DNA from: Pristiophorus japonicus
Taxonomy: Eukaryota
Direction of reading: 5' to 3'
Length of the DNA: 64,000 nt
NCBI RefSeq assembly: GCF_044704955.1
Contig: NC_091977.1
Span: 14,198,001-14,262,000, forward strand
The notes below the pieces were generated by a model. It saw only the letters and a program-made list of their open reading frames with translations. It did no database searches and had not been told where the DNA came from. Positions 35,680 through 49,019 of the stretch are shown piece after piece. How positions within the stretch are numbered: the stretch's first letter is position 1; every line of letters begins with the position of its first letter. Both the position numbers and the translations under genes were made by a program.

Positions 35680-38462
35680 GGTTCAGAGGAGATTTACAAG
35701 GATGTTGCCAGGGCTGGAGAATTTTAGCTATGAGGGAATATTGGAAAGGCTGGGGTAGTTTTCTTTGGAACAGAGAAGACTGAGGGGGGACTAGATTGAG
35801 GTGTATAAAATTATGAGGGGCTAGATAGAGTGGATAGGAAGGATCTATTTCCCTTAGCAGAGAGGTCAACAGCCATGGGGTATAGATTTAAAGTAATTGG
35901 TGGGAGGTTTAGAGGGGATTTGAGGGGAAATGTCTTCACCCAGAGTGGGGGTAGTGGGGTCTGGAACTCACTGCCTGAAAGGGTGGTAGAGGCAGAAACC
36001 CTCACCACATTTAAAAGGTACCTGGATGTGCACTTGAAGTGCTGTAACCTGCAGGGCTACGGACCTAGAGCTGGAAAGTGGGATTAGGCTGGGTAGCTCT
36101 TGATCGGCCAGCACTGACACGATGGGCCGAATGGCCTCCTTCCCTGCTGTAAATCTCTATGTTTCTATGATTCACTATTATAGGGAAACACAGACACCGA
36201 CTGCACTGTGAGCCCCTCCCAATGCCCGGGGACTGCAAAAGGCAGGAAGAGAGGGACAGGCTATTAATTAAACAGGAGAAAGAAAAAAAGGATGGCAAAC
36301 ACCCTCGCCCACATCATTTAAACCAGTAACCTAGAATTGCTGTGCTTTAAATAGGACGATCTATCAGTAGCTGGCGCCAGCTTTTCCGAATTATAGGAAC
36401 TAAACGATTCAGGATTTAAGCCTCAGGTTAAATCGGCCTCTACCAACCCCATTTTATTTTCCCAATTAATTCATTCCCAGTATGTGGGTGATTCCCTCTT
36501 TGCTAACGATCCCGTGAAGCCTCTTGGGGCGTTTTACTATGTTAAGGGTGCTATGTGAATGCAAGTTGTTGCTGTCTTGAGAAGGCAGTGGGAGGTGTTG
36601 CTGGGCGACTTACGAGAGCGTCGTGAGTCAACCACACAAGTGAGACAGGAGACACGTTTGGGCCAGGCCAGGTAAAGTCCACAACTCCCCTTCCCCGAGG
36701 GGCATCAGTTGGGTGTTTAATAACCGTAAGAACATAAGAAATAGGAGCAGGAGAAGGCCATAGGGCCCCTCGAGCCTGCTCCGCCATTTAATACGATCAT
36801 GGCTGATCTGATCATGTGGCGGTTTTCATTGTCACTTTTTTTTGGGTGCAAACTCACAAATTCAACTGGGCACGGTGGGATTGGAGTTCTTCACCATTGG
36901 GTTGCTGGTCCAGTACCGCAACCACTATCCTATACAGGTGAATCTATCTGTTGATTCTCATAGCCTTTAATAAATGAAGTGGACAATGGGGAATCCACAC
37001 TTTGCATTCAGTCCAGTAGATGGAAATAGACAAGAGATTGTATGCTCCAAGCAGACCCGTCCTATTGCACAAGGCGGAGGAGCGGTGAGAGGTGATGCCG
37101 CAAATGAGGGTCCGGGGCCCAGAAGAGGCGAGGGCCCAGGGGCAGCACGGGCCAGCCCACACTGCGATGTGTGTGTGCACTAGGCCCGTGCAGCAGAGCA
37201 GGTCTCCAGTCGTCCTGGTTAATCTTTGCCACTGGACCAAGGCCTAGCTCTGTCAAGCCCGTGTGGTGGCTGGTGTGTAACGGCCACCACACATTAAAAT
37301 AAATCCACGCGCAGGCATCTTCCACCCCCTCAATTGGAATTCAGGACTGTAATATCTGGGTCCTTCATCTGCGAACCCATGTGGAAGCAAGTAATCCTCA
37401 TTCCAGGAACCGCCTATGATGCTGACACGTATAACAGCATGGCGGTTAGGTTATCGGGCTCGTAATCCAGAGGAATGGACTAGTAATCCAGAGAATGCAA
37501 GTTTAAATCTCACCGTAGCAGTGGTCAGAATTTAGACTCAGTTAAAAGATCTGGGAATTTAAAAAAGCTGGAATCAGTAAACGTGACCCTGAAGCTGTCG
37601 GATCATTGTACAGCCCCAACTGGTTCACTGATGTCCTTCAGGGAAGGAGACCTGCCGCCTTTACCATAGTTCCCTTTAAGCCGCAGGGACATGCAGTCCA
37701 GGATCAGCTTCTCTAATGTTAAACTTAACACACCCACAACCCCACCACCCACCACCCCCCAAAAAAAAAAAGAGGGGAGACATTGGTCCTTCCCTGGTCT
37801 GGCCAAATGTGACTGCAGTCTCAAACGAAGATGATTAACTCTTATCTGCCCTCTGAAATGGCCCAGCAAGCCCCTCAGTTATCTCAAATCTGCTCTGCAG
37901 TGCTTTAAAAAACCTTTATAAAATACTGGTTCGGCCTCAACTGGAGCACTTTAGGAAGGATGTGAAGGCCTTAGAGAGGGCGCAGAAAAGATTTATGAGA
38001 ATGGTTCCAGGGATGAGGGACTTCAGTTACGATGACAGACTGGAGAACCTGGGGTTGTTGACCTGAGAGCCGAGACGGTCGAGAGGAGATTTGATCGAGG
38101 CGTTTAAAATCATGAGGGGTCGGGACAGAGTAGATAGAGAGAAACTGTTCCCATTGGCGGAAGGGTCGAGAAGCAGAGGACTCAGATTTACGGTGATGGG
38201 AAGAACCACCAAAGGCGACATGAGCAAACACATTTTTAGGCAGCGAGTGGTTAGGATCTGGAATGCGCTGCCTGAAAGGGTGGTAGGAGGCAGATTCAAT
38301 CGTGGCTTTCAAAAGGGAATTGGATAAGGACCCGAAGGAAAAAAAAATTTGCAGGGCTACGGCGAAAAGGGCGGGAGAGTGGGACTGGCTGAAGTGCTCT
38401 TGGAGAGTCGGCATGGTCTCGACGGGCCCAATGGCCTCCTTCTGAACTGTGACCATTCTATG
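35680..38462. mobile_element. CR1 fragments (35680-36170, 37915-38462), tRNA-SINE copies (~36560-36930 -, 37440-37890 +) and an RTE-derived copy (37065-37425 +)
   Basis: Sequence shared with the families described elsewhere in the window. Confidence 0.75.
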
Positions 38463-38624
38463 AAGGCGGCCCACCATCCCCTTCCCAGGACCGGGCAATA
38501 AACGCTCGCCCTTGCCGATGACGCTCACATCCCCGAGAATTGTTATTTTTAAATGAGGACCCACGCGCCCAGACTGCAGGTACAGCCGAGGGTTGGACAC
38601 TGGAGTGGAAGCTCCCGCGGTTAC

Positions 38625-38793
38625 CTTGCTCGGAGTCGGAGCGGTCGGTGGAGATAGCCGAGCCCAGGCTGTCGGTACGCAGACGCTCCATCCCCTGCAC
38701 CGCCAACTGTTCCAGGCGACGCCGCAGGTAACGGCGCTCTCGCTGGAGCTGCTCCTTCTGGTGCAGGGCCTTCTTGTCCTGCTCTTCCAACTT
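38625..38793 (-). CDS. MXD4: MXD family gene, leucine-zipper exon [56 protein letters not shown]
   Basis: 169-bp exon, gggcag|AAG...CAAG|gtaac. Phase 0 to phase 1; Mad-family zipper plus the RTDS-GS motif. Confidence 0.95.
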
Positions 38794-39139
38794 CTGCCCA
38801 ACACAAAAGGGAGGAAGGAACGATGAAGGAAACGAAAGAACTTGCATTTATAATAGCGCCTTTCATGTTGTCAGGACGTCACCAAAGCGCTTCACAGCCA
38901 ATAAAGTACTTCCTGGAAATAATGTAGGAAACGCAGCAGCCAATTTACGCACAGCAAGCTCCCACAAACAACAATGTGATAATGACCGCATAATATTGGC
39001 CCCAGGAAACCGGGGAGAACTCCCCTGCTCATCTTCGAAATAGTGCCATGGGATCTTTTGCAGACCCAAGAGTGCAAACGGGGCCTCAATTTAACATCTC
39101 ATCCGAAAGACGGCAGCTCCGACACTGCAGCACTCCCTT

Positions 39140-42100
39140 TGGAATACCAAAGGGCAGAAAACGTTAGTGGGAGTTGTGTACAGTCCACCAAACAGTACTA
39201 GTGAGGTTGGGGACAGCATTAAACAAGAAATAAGGGATGTGTGCAATAAAAGTACAGCAGTTATCATGAGCGACTTTAATCTACATATTGATTGGGCAAA
39301 CCAAACTGGGAGCAATGCGGTGGAGGAGGATTTCCTGGAGTGTATTAGAGATGGTTTTCCAGACCAATATGTCGAGGAACCAACTAGAGCGCTGGCCATC
39401 GTAGACTGGGTGATGTGTAATGAGAAGGGACTAATTAGCAATCTTGTTGTGCGAGGCCCCTGGGGGAAGAGTGACCATAATATGGTAGAATTCTTTATTA
39501 AGATGGAGAATGACAGTTAATTCAGAAATAGGGTCCTGAACTTAAAGAAAGGTAACTTCGATGGTATGAGGTGTGAATTGGCTAGAATAGACTGGCAAAT
39601 GATACTTAAAGGGTTGACGGCGGATAGGCAATGGCAAATATTTAAAGATTTAAAAATTTGCAGATGACACTAAGATTAGTGGGAAAGCGGGTTGTGAAGA
39701 GGACACAGAGAGGCTGCAAAGAGATTTGGATAAGTTAAGCGAATGAGCTAAGGTTTGGCAGATGGAATACAATGTCGGAAAGTGTGAGGTCATCCACCTT
39801 GGGGAAAAAAAAAACAGTAAAAGGGAATATTATTTGAATGGGGAGAAATTACAACATGCTGAGGTGCAGAGGGACCTGGGGGTCCTTGTGCATGAATCCC
39901 AAAAAGTTAGTTTGCAGGTAATCAGGAAGGCAAATGGAATGTTGGCCTTCATTGCGAGAGGGATGGAGTACAAAAGCAGGGAGGTCCTGCTGCAACTGTA
40001 TAGGGTATTGGTGAGACTGCACCTGGAGTACTGTGTGCAGTTTTGGTCACCTTACTTAAGGAAGGATATACTGGCTTTGGAGGGGGTACAGAGATGATTC
40101 ACTAGGCTGATTCCGGAGATGAGGGGATTACCTTATGATGATAGATTGAGTAGACTGGGTCTTTACTCGTTGGAGTTCAGAAGGATGAGGGGTGATCTTA
40201 TAGAAACATTTAAAATGAAAGGAATAGACAAGATAGAGGCAGAGAGGTTGTTTCCACTGGTCGGGGAGACTAGAACTAGGGGGCGCAGCCTCAAAATACG
40301 GGGGAGCCAATTTAAAACCGAGTTGAGAAGGGATTTCTTCTCCCAGAGGGTTGTGAATCTGTGGAATTCTCTGCCCAAGGAAGCAGTTGAGGCTAGCTCA
40401 TTGAATGTATTCAAGTCACAGATAGATAGATTTTTAAGCAATAAGGGAATTAAGGGTTACGGGGAGAGGGCGGGTAAGTGGAGCTGAGTCCACGGCCAGA
40501 TCAGCCATGATCTTGGTGAATGGCGGAGCAGGCTCGAGGGGCTAGATGACCTACTCCTGTTCCTAATTCTTATGTTCTTATGTTCTTATGACATGGATGA
40601 ACTTCAGCAATTGTACATCCCTGTCTGGAGTAAAAAATAAAATGGGGAAGGTGGCTCAACCGTGGCTAACAAGGGAAATTAAGGATAGTGTTAAATCCAA
40701 GGAAGAGGCATATAAATTGGCCAGAAAAAGCAGCAAACCCGAGGACTGGGAGAAATTTAAAATTCAGCAGAGGAGGACTAAGGGTTTAATTAAGAGGGGG
40801 AAAATAGAGTACGAGAGGGAAGCTTGCCGGGAACATAAAAACTGACTGCAAAAGCTTCTATAGATATGTGAAGAGAAAAAGATATGTGAAGAGAAAAAGA
40901 TTAGTGAAGACAAACGTAGGTCCCTTGCAGTCGGATTCAGGTGAATTTATAATGGAAAACAAAGAAATAGCAGACCAATTGAACAAATATTTTGGTTCTG
41001 TCTTCATGAAGGAAGATACAAATAACCTTCCGGATGTACTAAGGGTCTAGTGAGAAGGAGGAACTGAAAGATATCCTTATTGGATGGAAAATTGTGTTCG
41101 GGAAAATGATGGGATTGAAGGCCGATAAATCCCTCGGGCCTGATAGTCTGCATCCCAGAGTACTTAAAGAAGCGGCCCTAGAAATAGTGGATGCATTGGT
41201 GATCATTTTCCAACAGTCTATGGACTCTGGATCAGTTCCCATAGACTGGAGGGTAGCTAATGTAACATCACTTTTTTTTTAAAAAAAGGAGGGAGAGAGT
41301 AAACGGGTAATTATAGACCGGTTAGCCTGACATCAGTAGTGGGGAAAATGTTGGAATCAATCATTAAGGATGAAATAGCAGCACATTTGGAAAGCAGTGA
41401 CAGGATCGGTCCAAGTCAGCATGGATTTATAAAAGGGAAATCATGCTTGACGAATCTTCTGGAATTTTTTGAGGATGTAACTAGCAGAGTGGACAAGACA
41501 GAACCAGTGGATGTGGTGTATTTGGACTTTCAAAAGGCTTTTGACAAGGTCCCACACAAGAGATTGGTGTGTAAAATCAAAGCACATGGTATTAGGGGTT
41601 ATGTACTGGCGTGGATAGAGAACTAGTTGGCAGACAGGAAGCAGAGAGACGGGATAAACAGGTCCTTTTCAGAATGGCAGGCAGTGACTAGTGGAGTGCC
41701 GCAGGGCTCAGTGCTGGGACCCCAGCTCTTTACAATATACATCAATGATTTGGATGAAGGGATTGAGTGTAATATCTCCAAATTTGCAGATGACACTAAA
41801 CTGGGTGGCGGTGTGAGCTGTGAGGAGGACGCTAAGAGGCTGCAGGGTGACTTAAACAGGTTAGGTGAGTGGGCAAATGCATGGCAGATGCAGTATAATG
41901 TGGATAAATGTGAGGTTATCCACTTTGGGGGCAAAAACACGAAGGTAGAATATTATCTGAATGGCGGCAGATTAGGAAAATGAGATCTGGGTGTCGTGGT
42001 TCATCAGTCATTGAAAGTTGGCATGCAGGTACAGCAGGTGAAGGCAAATGGTATATTGGCCTTCATAGCTGGGGGATTTGAGTATAGGAGCAGGGAGGTG

Positions 42101-42692
42101 TCTTATTGCAGTTGTACAGGGCCTTGGTGAGGCCTCACCTGGAATATTGTGTTCAGTTTTGGTCCCCTAATCTGAGGAAGAACGTTCTTGCTGTTGAGGG
42201 AGTGCAGCGAAGGTTCACCAGACTGACTCCTGGGATGGCTGGACTAATATAATGAGGAGAGACTGGATCAACTGGGCCTTTATACATTGGAGTTTAGAAG
42301 GATGAGAGGGGATCTCATAGAAACGTATAAGATTCTGACGGGACTGGACAGGTTAGATGCAGGAAGAATGTTCCCGATGTTGGGGGAAGTCGAGAACCAG
42401 AGACAGTCTTAGGATAAGGGGTAGGCCATTTAGGACTGAGATGAGGAGAAACTTCTTCACTCAGAGAATTGTTAACCTGTGGAATTCCCTGCCACAGAGA
42501 GTTGTTGATGCCAGTTCATTGGATATATTCAAGAGGGAGTTAGATATGGCCCTTACAGCTAAAGGGATCAAGGGGTATGGAGAGAAAGCAGGAAAGGTGT
42601 ACTGAGGGAATGATCAGCCATGATCTTATTGAATGGTGGTGCAGGCTCTAAGGTCCGAATAGCCTACTCCTGCACCTATTTTCTATGTTTCT
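39140..42692 (+). mobile_element. CR1 LINE ORF2 (EN to tail) containing a nested younger CR1 (~39650-40587); the whole block splits a minus-strand DeuSINE (38830-39138 and 42694-42790)
   Basis: EN ORF 39167-39520, RT ORFs 41339-41983, tail at 42690. The host CR1 resumes at 40589 (acatggatgaacttc) after the nested element's (TTCTTATG)n tail. The SINE halves join at ...gcactccct|cagtactgcactgg. Confidence 0.9.
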
Positions 42693-42874
42693 CAGTACTG
42701 CACTGGAGTGTCAGCCTAGGTTTTTGTGCTCAAGTCTCAAGTGGGACTTGAACCCACAACCTGCTGACTTTGAGGTAGAGTGCGACCCACCAGTGTCGAA
42801 CATTCTTTTCTGTGAGCAATGGCCGGCCATGGATTCATCCGACAGACCTGGATTCAAGGCACCTTTCAGTCGGT

Positions 42875-43320
42875 GGAGGGCGGGATAACGAGGGGGAGGG
42901 GGGGATAACGAGGGGGATGATCGGTGGTGGGGAGGAGGAGGAGGAGAGGGTATAACGAGAGGGATGGGGAGGTGGTGGGAGGGGATAACGAGAGGGATAA
43001 TCGGTTGGGGGGGGGGGGGGGAAGGAGGAGGAGAGGGGATAACGAGAGGGACGGGGAGGTGGTTGGGGGGAGGGGGGGATAACGAGAGGGATGATCGATT
43101 GGGGGGGGGGGGGAGGAGGAGGAGGAGAGGGGATAACGAGAGGGACGGGGAGGTGGTGGGGGGGGGGGGGGATAACGAGAGGGACGATCGGTTGGGGGGG
43201 GAGGATAACGAGAGGGACGGGGAGGTGGTGGGGGGGGGGGGGGGGGGAAGAGATAACGAGAGGGATGATCGGTTGGCGGGGGGGGAAGGAGCAGAGGGGA
43301 TAACAAGAGGGACGGGGAGG
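42875..43320. repeat. G-rich degenerate minisatellite (ataacgagagggacggggaggtggtgggggg)
   Basis: About 11 variant units with long G runs. Confidence 0.9.
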
Positions 43321-43739
43321 TGAAGTCAAACATCACCAATCCCGCTCTACTACAAATGTCAGCTCGCCCCACCTAACAACAGGCTGTGTTGGCCGAGGGC
43401 TGCTTGCTCACTCTCTACTTCTCTCACTCATAGAATCTGCCCAAACTGCAAGAGCTGCACGCGAGTTACGCCTGCGTGCAGTACACCACTAAATCAGGCC
43501 CATCCGCTGCTGCCACTCGCAATGTGTTGCCGGAATGTTTACCAGGGTTTCCATTTACAGGATCGTGGCACAGGACCCCCATGGGGAGCAGGCGGCACTG
43601 GCAACGTTTTACCCTCCTCCTTGGCCCAGGACCCCTTCCCCAGGGAGAGGCCCTGCTCCAATACAGCCAGCACGACCTGGTGCGGAGAATTCCCGATCCC
43701 AGAACCGGGAATTAGCGAAGTTGGCAAACTTTTTTGTTT

Positions 43740-44530
43740 ATTCATTCCTGGGATGTGGGTGTCGCTGGCAAGGCCGGCATTTATTGCCCATTCCTAATTG
43801 AACTGCTGCAATCCGTGTGGTGAAGGTACTCCCACAGTGCTGTTAGGGAGGGAGTTCCAGGATTTTGACACATCGATGATGAAGGAACGGCGATATATTT
43901 CCAAGTCAGGATGGTGTGTGACTTGGAGGGGAATGTGGAGGTGGTGGTGTTCCCATGCACCTGCTGCCCTTGTCCTTCTAGGGGGTAGAGGTCACGGGTT
44001 TGGCTGCCAAAGAAGCCTTGGCGAGTTGCTGCAGTGCATCTTGTTGATGGTACACACTGCAGCCACGGTGCGCCGGTGATGGAGGGAGTGAGTGTTGAAG
44101 GTGGTGGATGGGGAGCCAATCAAGCGGGCTGCTTTGTCCTGGATGGTGTTGAGCTTCTTCAGTGTTGTTGGAGCTGCACTCATCCAGGCAAGTGGAGTGT
44201 ATTCCATCACACTCCTGACTTGTGCCTTGTAGATGGTGGAAAGGCTTTGGGGAGTCAGGAGGTGAGACACTCAACACAGAATACCCAGTCTCTGACCCGC
44301 TCTTGTTGCCACAGTATTGATGTGGCTGGTCCAGTTAAGTTTCTGGTCAATGGTGACCCCTAGAATGTTGATGGTGGGTGATACGGCGATGGTAATGCCG
44401 TTGAATGTTAAGGGGCGGTGGTTCGACTCTCGCTTGTTGGAGATGGTCATTGCCTGGCACTTGCGTGGCGCAATATTACTTGCCACTTATCAGCCCGAGC
44501 GTCGTGCAGGTCTTGCTGCATGCGGGCATG
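43740..44530 (-). mobile_element. Second-lineage CR1-group LINE 3' fragment
   Basis: LGVTIDQKLNWTSHINTVATRAGQRLGIL...YKAQVRSVMEYTPLAWMSAAPTTLKKLNTIQDKAARLIG...LHHRRTVAAVC. Confidence 0.85.
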
Positions 44531-45274
44531 GGCAACCCCCATTGGTACTCGCAGGGGAACATTAGGAGCAGGAGGCCATTCAGCCCTTTAAACCTGTTCC
44601 GCCTTTCAATTAGTTCCTGGCTGATCTGTACCTCCGCTCCATTTACCTGCCTTTGTTCCATATTCCTCCATACCCTTACTCAACAAAAATCTCTCTCCGT
44701 CTTGAAAGCTCCAACCAGCAATTTTGGGGAGAGAGTTCCAGATTTCCACTGCCCTGTGTGCGCAAAAGGCGTTTCCTGATTTCACTCCTGAACGGCCTAG
44801 CTCTAATTTTAAGATTATGCCCCCCTCGTTCTGAGCTCCCCCATGGAGAAAATCGATTCTCTGTCCTCATAATTTAAGAAGACCCTTACCCATTTATTTC
44901 GCGAGGAAACGAGTGGAGGAGAAACGTATAATGGGAAGATGCAGCTCAGAAGCAGGCCATTCGGCCCATCGAGCCTGCGTCAGCTCCCAGTAAGAGCGAT
45001 CCCATTAGTCAGTAAGAGCGCAACTGCTTTTCCCCGAAGCTCTGCAAAAATGTTCCCTTTCAAGTATTTATCATTTGGAAGTTACTATTGAATCTGCCCC
45101 CAGCGCGTTCCAGATCACAACAACCTGCTACGTAAAATAAAAAAAGTCTCCTCATCACTCCTCCTGGTCCAATTGCCAATTATTTTGCAGCCAACTTACC
45201 TTCTAAATGAAAACTGGCATTCCGACAATGACTGAAACGGGCGGTGGCATTGCCGAAGGAGGAGACAAGTTTAC

Positions 45275-45389
45275 CTTGATGTGCGTCCTGGCTCGCTTTA
45301 GCAGGCTTAGCGTGGTGTGCCTGGAACAGTCCGGCCCGAGGGGAACCAGCTCCTTCAGCTGCTCCAGGTACAGCCGCAGCTTCGCTCTT
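45275..45389 (-). CDS. MXD4: MXD family gene, HLH exon [38 protein letters not shown]
   Basis: 115-bp exon, ttgcag|A...AAG|gtaaac. Phase is compatible with both neighbouring exons; typical Mad-family helix-loop-helix. Confidence 0.95.
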
Positions 45390-45837
45390 CTGCAATTCAA
45401 AATAATCCGGGTCAGTGCAGCCTGTGGCCAATCCCCCAAAACCAGCCATTGTACTGAAAACACTCACCCAGTCTGATCCCCGCCCCACAACCCAACCCGC
45501 TCTCCCCCACAACCCACCCCCCACCAACCCCCAACCGCCCCACAAACCCGCCCGCAACCCCCCCCCCCCCCCCACCCAAAACCCCCCCCCCAAAACCCCA
45601 CTCACCCCACCGCGCCCCCCAACTCCACCCGCAACCCCACCAGCCACTCCAAATACTGGGGGCTGCAGGGGAAAAGACAGGGAGTCACACGGAACAGGAG
45701 GGGGGTCACCTTCAAACCCCCAGCCTGTGCCCCGCTAGTCAGCGGGAGTGTTCCAGCTGGCCATACTGTGCCCGATATAGAAAGTCAGGCAGGACCCAGA
45801 CAGACATACACACGGCACCGCAAACACGCTCGCCCAG

Positions 45838-45977
45838 AACACCCCGCGCACTGACGCGCTCCCCCCAGGACACCCCGCGCACTGACGCGCTCCCCCCAGG
45901 ACACCCCGCGCACTGACGCGCTCCCCCCAGGACACCCCGCGCACTGATGCGCTCCCCCCAGGACACCCCGCGCACTG
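45838..45977. repeat. 31-bp CpG-rich minisatellite (acaccccgcgcactgacgcgctccccccagg), ~4.5 copies
   Basis: Directly visible. Confidence 0.95.
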
Positions 45978-45999
45978 AATCACTTGCTGAGATTTTTTT

Positions 46000-47760
46000 C
46001 CTTTTCGGCTCCAATTCCCTTTTGAAAGTTACCATTGAATCTGCTTCTACCGCCCTTTCAGGCAACACGTTCCAGATAATAACAATTTGCTGCTTAAAAA
46101 AAAATCCTCATGTGCCTCTGGTTACTTTGCTAACCATCTGGGCCCTCTGGTTACCGATCCTTCTGCCACCGGAAACAGTTTCTCCTTATTTACTCTATCA
46201 AACCCCTTCATGATTTTGAACACCTCAATCAAATCTTCCCTTAACCTTCTCTGCTCCAAGGAGAACAAACACAACTTCTCCACATAACTGAAGTCCTAGA
46301 TCCTTGGTACACGAGAAAATAAGAAAGGAGTAAGCCATTTGGCCCCTCGAACCTGCTCCGCCATTTAATATCATGATCTGATCTTGGGCTCAGTTTCACT
46401 TCCCCGCCCGCTCCCCATAACCCTTTACTCCCTTATCGTTCAAGAATCTGTCTACCTCTGCCTTAAATATATTCAATGACCCAGCTCGCCACAGCTCTCT
46501 GGGGCAGAGAATTCCACAGATTTACAATCCTCTGGGAGAAGAAATTCCTCCTCACCTCAGTTCCAAGTAGGTGACCCCTCATTCTTAAACTATACCCCCT
46601 AGTTCTAGATTTCCCCATGAGTGGAAACATCCTCTCTGCGTCCACCTTGTCGAGTCCCTTCAGTATCTTCTATGTTTCAGTAAGATCACCTCTCATTCTT
46701 CTCAATTCCAATGAATATAGGCCCAACCTACTCAACCTATCTTCATAAGTCAACCCCTCATCTCTGGAATTAACCTAATGAACCTTCTCTGAGTAGCCTC
46801 CAATGCAAGTAATATCCTTCCTTAAATAAAACGACCAAAACTGCATGCAGTGCTCCAGGTGTGGCCTCACCAATACCCTGTACAGTTGTAGCAGGACTTC
46901 TCTGCTTTTATACTCTATCCCCCTTGCAATAAAGGCCAACATTCCATTTGCGTTCCTGATTACTTGCTGTACCTACATACTAACTTTGTGTTTCATGCAC
47001 AAGGACCCCCAGATCCCTCTGTACTGCAGCATTTTGCAATCTCTCTCCAGTTAAATAATAATTTGCTTTTTTATTTTGCCTGCCAAAGTGGATAACCTCA
47101 CACATTCCCACATTATACTCCATCTGCCAATTTTTTGCCCACTCACTTAGCCTGTCTATATCCCTTTGCAGATTTTGTGTGTCCTCCTCCCAACTTGCTT
47201 TCCCACCCATCTTTGTATCATCAGCAAACTTGTCTACGTTACACTCGGTCCCTTCATCCAAGTCAATATAGATTGCAAAAATAGGACCATTCTCGTAAAT
47301 CTCATCTGCTCCCTCTCCAAGTACTTAGCACCCTTTCTAAGGTGTGGTGCCCAGAATACTCCAGCTAAAGCCTAACCAGTGTTTTATAAAGGTTCAGCAT
47401 AACGCCCTTGCTTTTGTGCTCTATTCCTCTCTTAATAAAGCCCAGGATCCCGTGTGCTTTTTTCAACTTGCTCTGCCGCCTTCAAAGATTTGAGTACAAA
47501 CACCGCCAGTTCTCTCTGTTCACACACCACCTTTAAAATTGGACCAGTTAAGTTTATATTGCCTCTCCTCATTCTTCATTTAAAAAAAGTAGCATTTTAC
47601 ATGTCTCTGCGTTAAATTTCACCTGCCCATTTCACCAGTCTGTCTATGTCCTACTGAAGTCGGTTACTACCCTCCTCACTGTTTACTACATTTCCAACCT
47701 TTGAAATGATGCCTTGTATACCCAAGTCCAGGCCATTAACATCCATCAAAATCTCCCTGC
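46000..47760 (-). mobile_element. Two nested CR1 fragments (inner ~46310-47280)
   Basis: FADDTK RT motif in ORF 46980-47261. The outer element resumes at ~47286 (accattctcgtaaatc). Confidence 0.85.
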
Positions 47761-49019
47761 ACAGGCCTGGCCCCGTCGAGCCCAGTGAACTCCAGTTTGA
47801 AATCCGACGTCTTGCAATCCCAATTAGTTACTTGACATTCACAGTGAACAAAAACTTGACTCCTGCGAGCACAGGCCTTAGGCCTCAGGCTGACGGAGAC
47901 GTCAAATAAAACAACGCAGGCATTCACACCAGAATAAAAGGAAGGACACATTTATGTAGCGCCTGTCACAAACTCAGGACACTTTACAGCCAATGAAAAG
48001 TGTAGTCACTGTTGTAATGTAGGAAATGCAGCAGGCAATTTGCGCACAACAGCAAACTGAGATCAGCCCCCTCCCGCCCCCCAACCTGAAGTCACACACC
48101 ATCCCGACTTGGAAATATATCGCCGTTCTTTCATCGTCGCTGGGTCAAAATCCTGGAACTCCGTCCCCAACAACATTGTAGGTGTACCTTCACCACGCGG
48201 ACTGCAGCGGTTCAAGCGCGGCTCACCATCACCTTCTCAAGGGCAACAGGGGATGGGTAATAAATGCTGGCCACAACCAGAGAATGAATAGTAAAAGGGC
48301 CATTGCCCTTCCCCTGTCCTCGCCCAGCCGAGTCCAACCCCGGCCTCGACCAACACCTCCACAGGGCCAGTTCCAGTGAGGGAGGGGGAAATGTCACCCT
48401 GGTCCGGGAACCCAACCCTGGCTGAGGGCGACTAAATCCGCACGGACTGGGATCATGGGGCCCAGTGACAGAGACGATCCCTGGGCCATCCAGACTGCCC
48501 AAGGCTCAGGGATTCCAACACCGCCCCCGCCCCCCCCCACAAGCACTGAACAGGAACAGGCCATTCAGCCCCTCGAACCTGTTCCACCATTCAATCAGAT
48601 CACTGCTGGGCTGTACCTCCATGCCATGTCCTTGAGCGTTCCACATAAAACCCACTGCTTCCAAGTAGTTACACTCAGGTCCGTTAGCACATTCTGCGCA
48701 CAGCAAGATCCCGCTAATAGCAGGGAGATAAGTGACCAGGTGATTTGTTTTTATGTGGTTTTAGTTGAGGAACGAATGTGAATTGTGGCCGTGGAATCTT
48801 TTACATTCATCAGAGCAGGTAGACAGGGCCTTGGTTTAATGGCTCATCCAAAAGACAATAGCGCACAGAGAGAGAGAGAGGCGCGCACAGAGAGAGAGAG
48901 AGGCGCGCACAGAGAGAGAGAGAGGCGCGCACAGAGAGAGAGAAAGGCGCGCGCGCGCACAGAGAGAGACGCAGAGATACACAGAGAGAGAGAGAGAGAG
49001 AGAGGGACACACAGAGAGA

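Noticed and set aside
42835-43372. Proline-rich (extensin/formin-like) ORFs
   Set aside because: Translation of a G/C-rich minisatellite; no splice or codon support.
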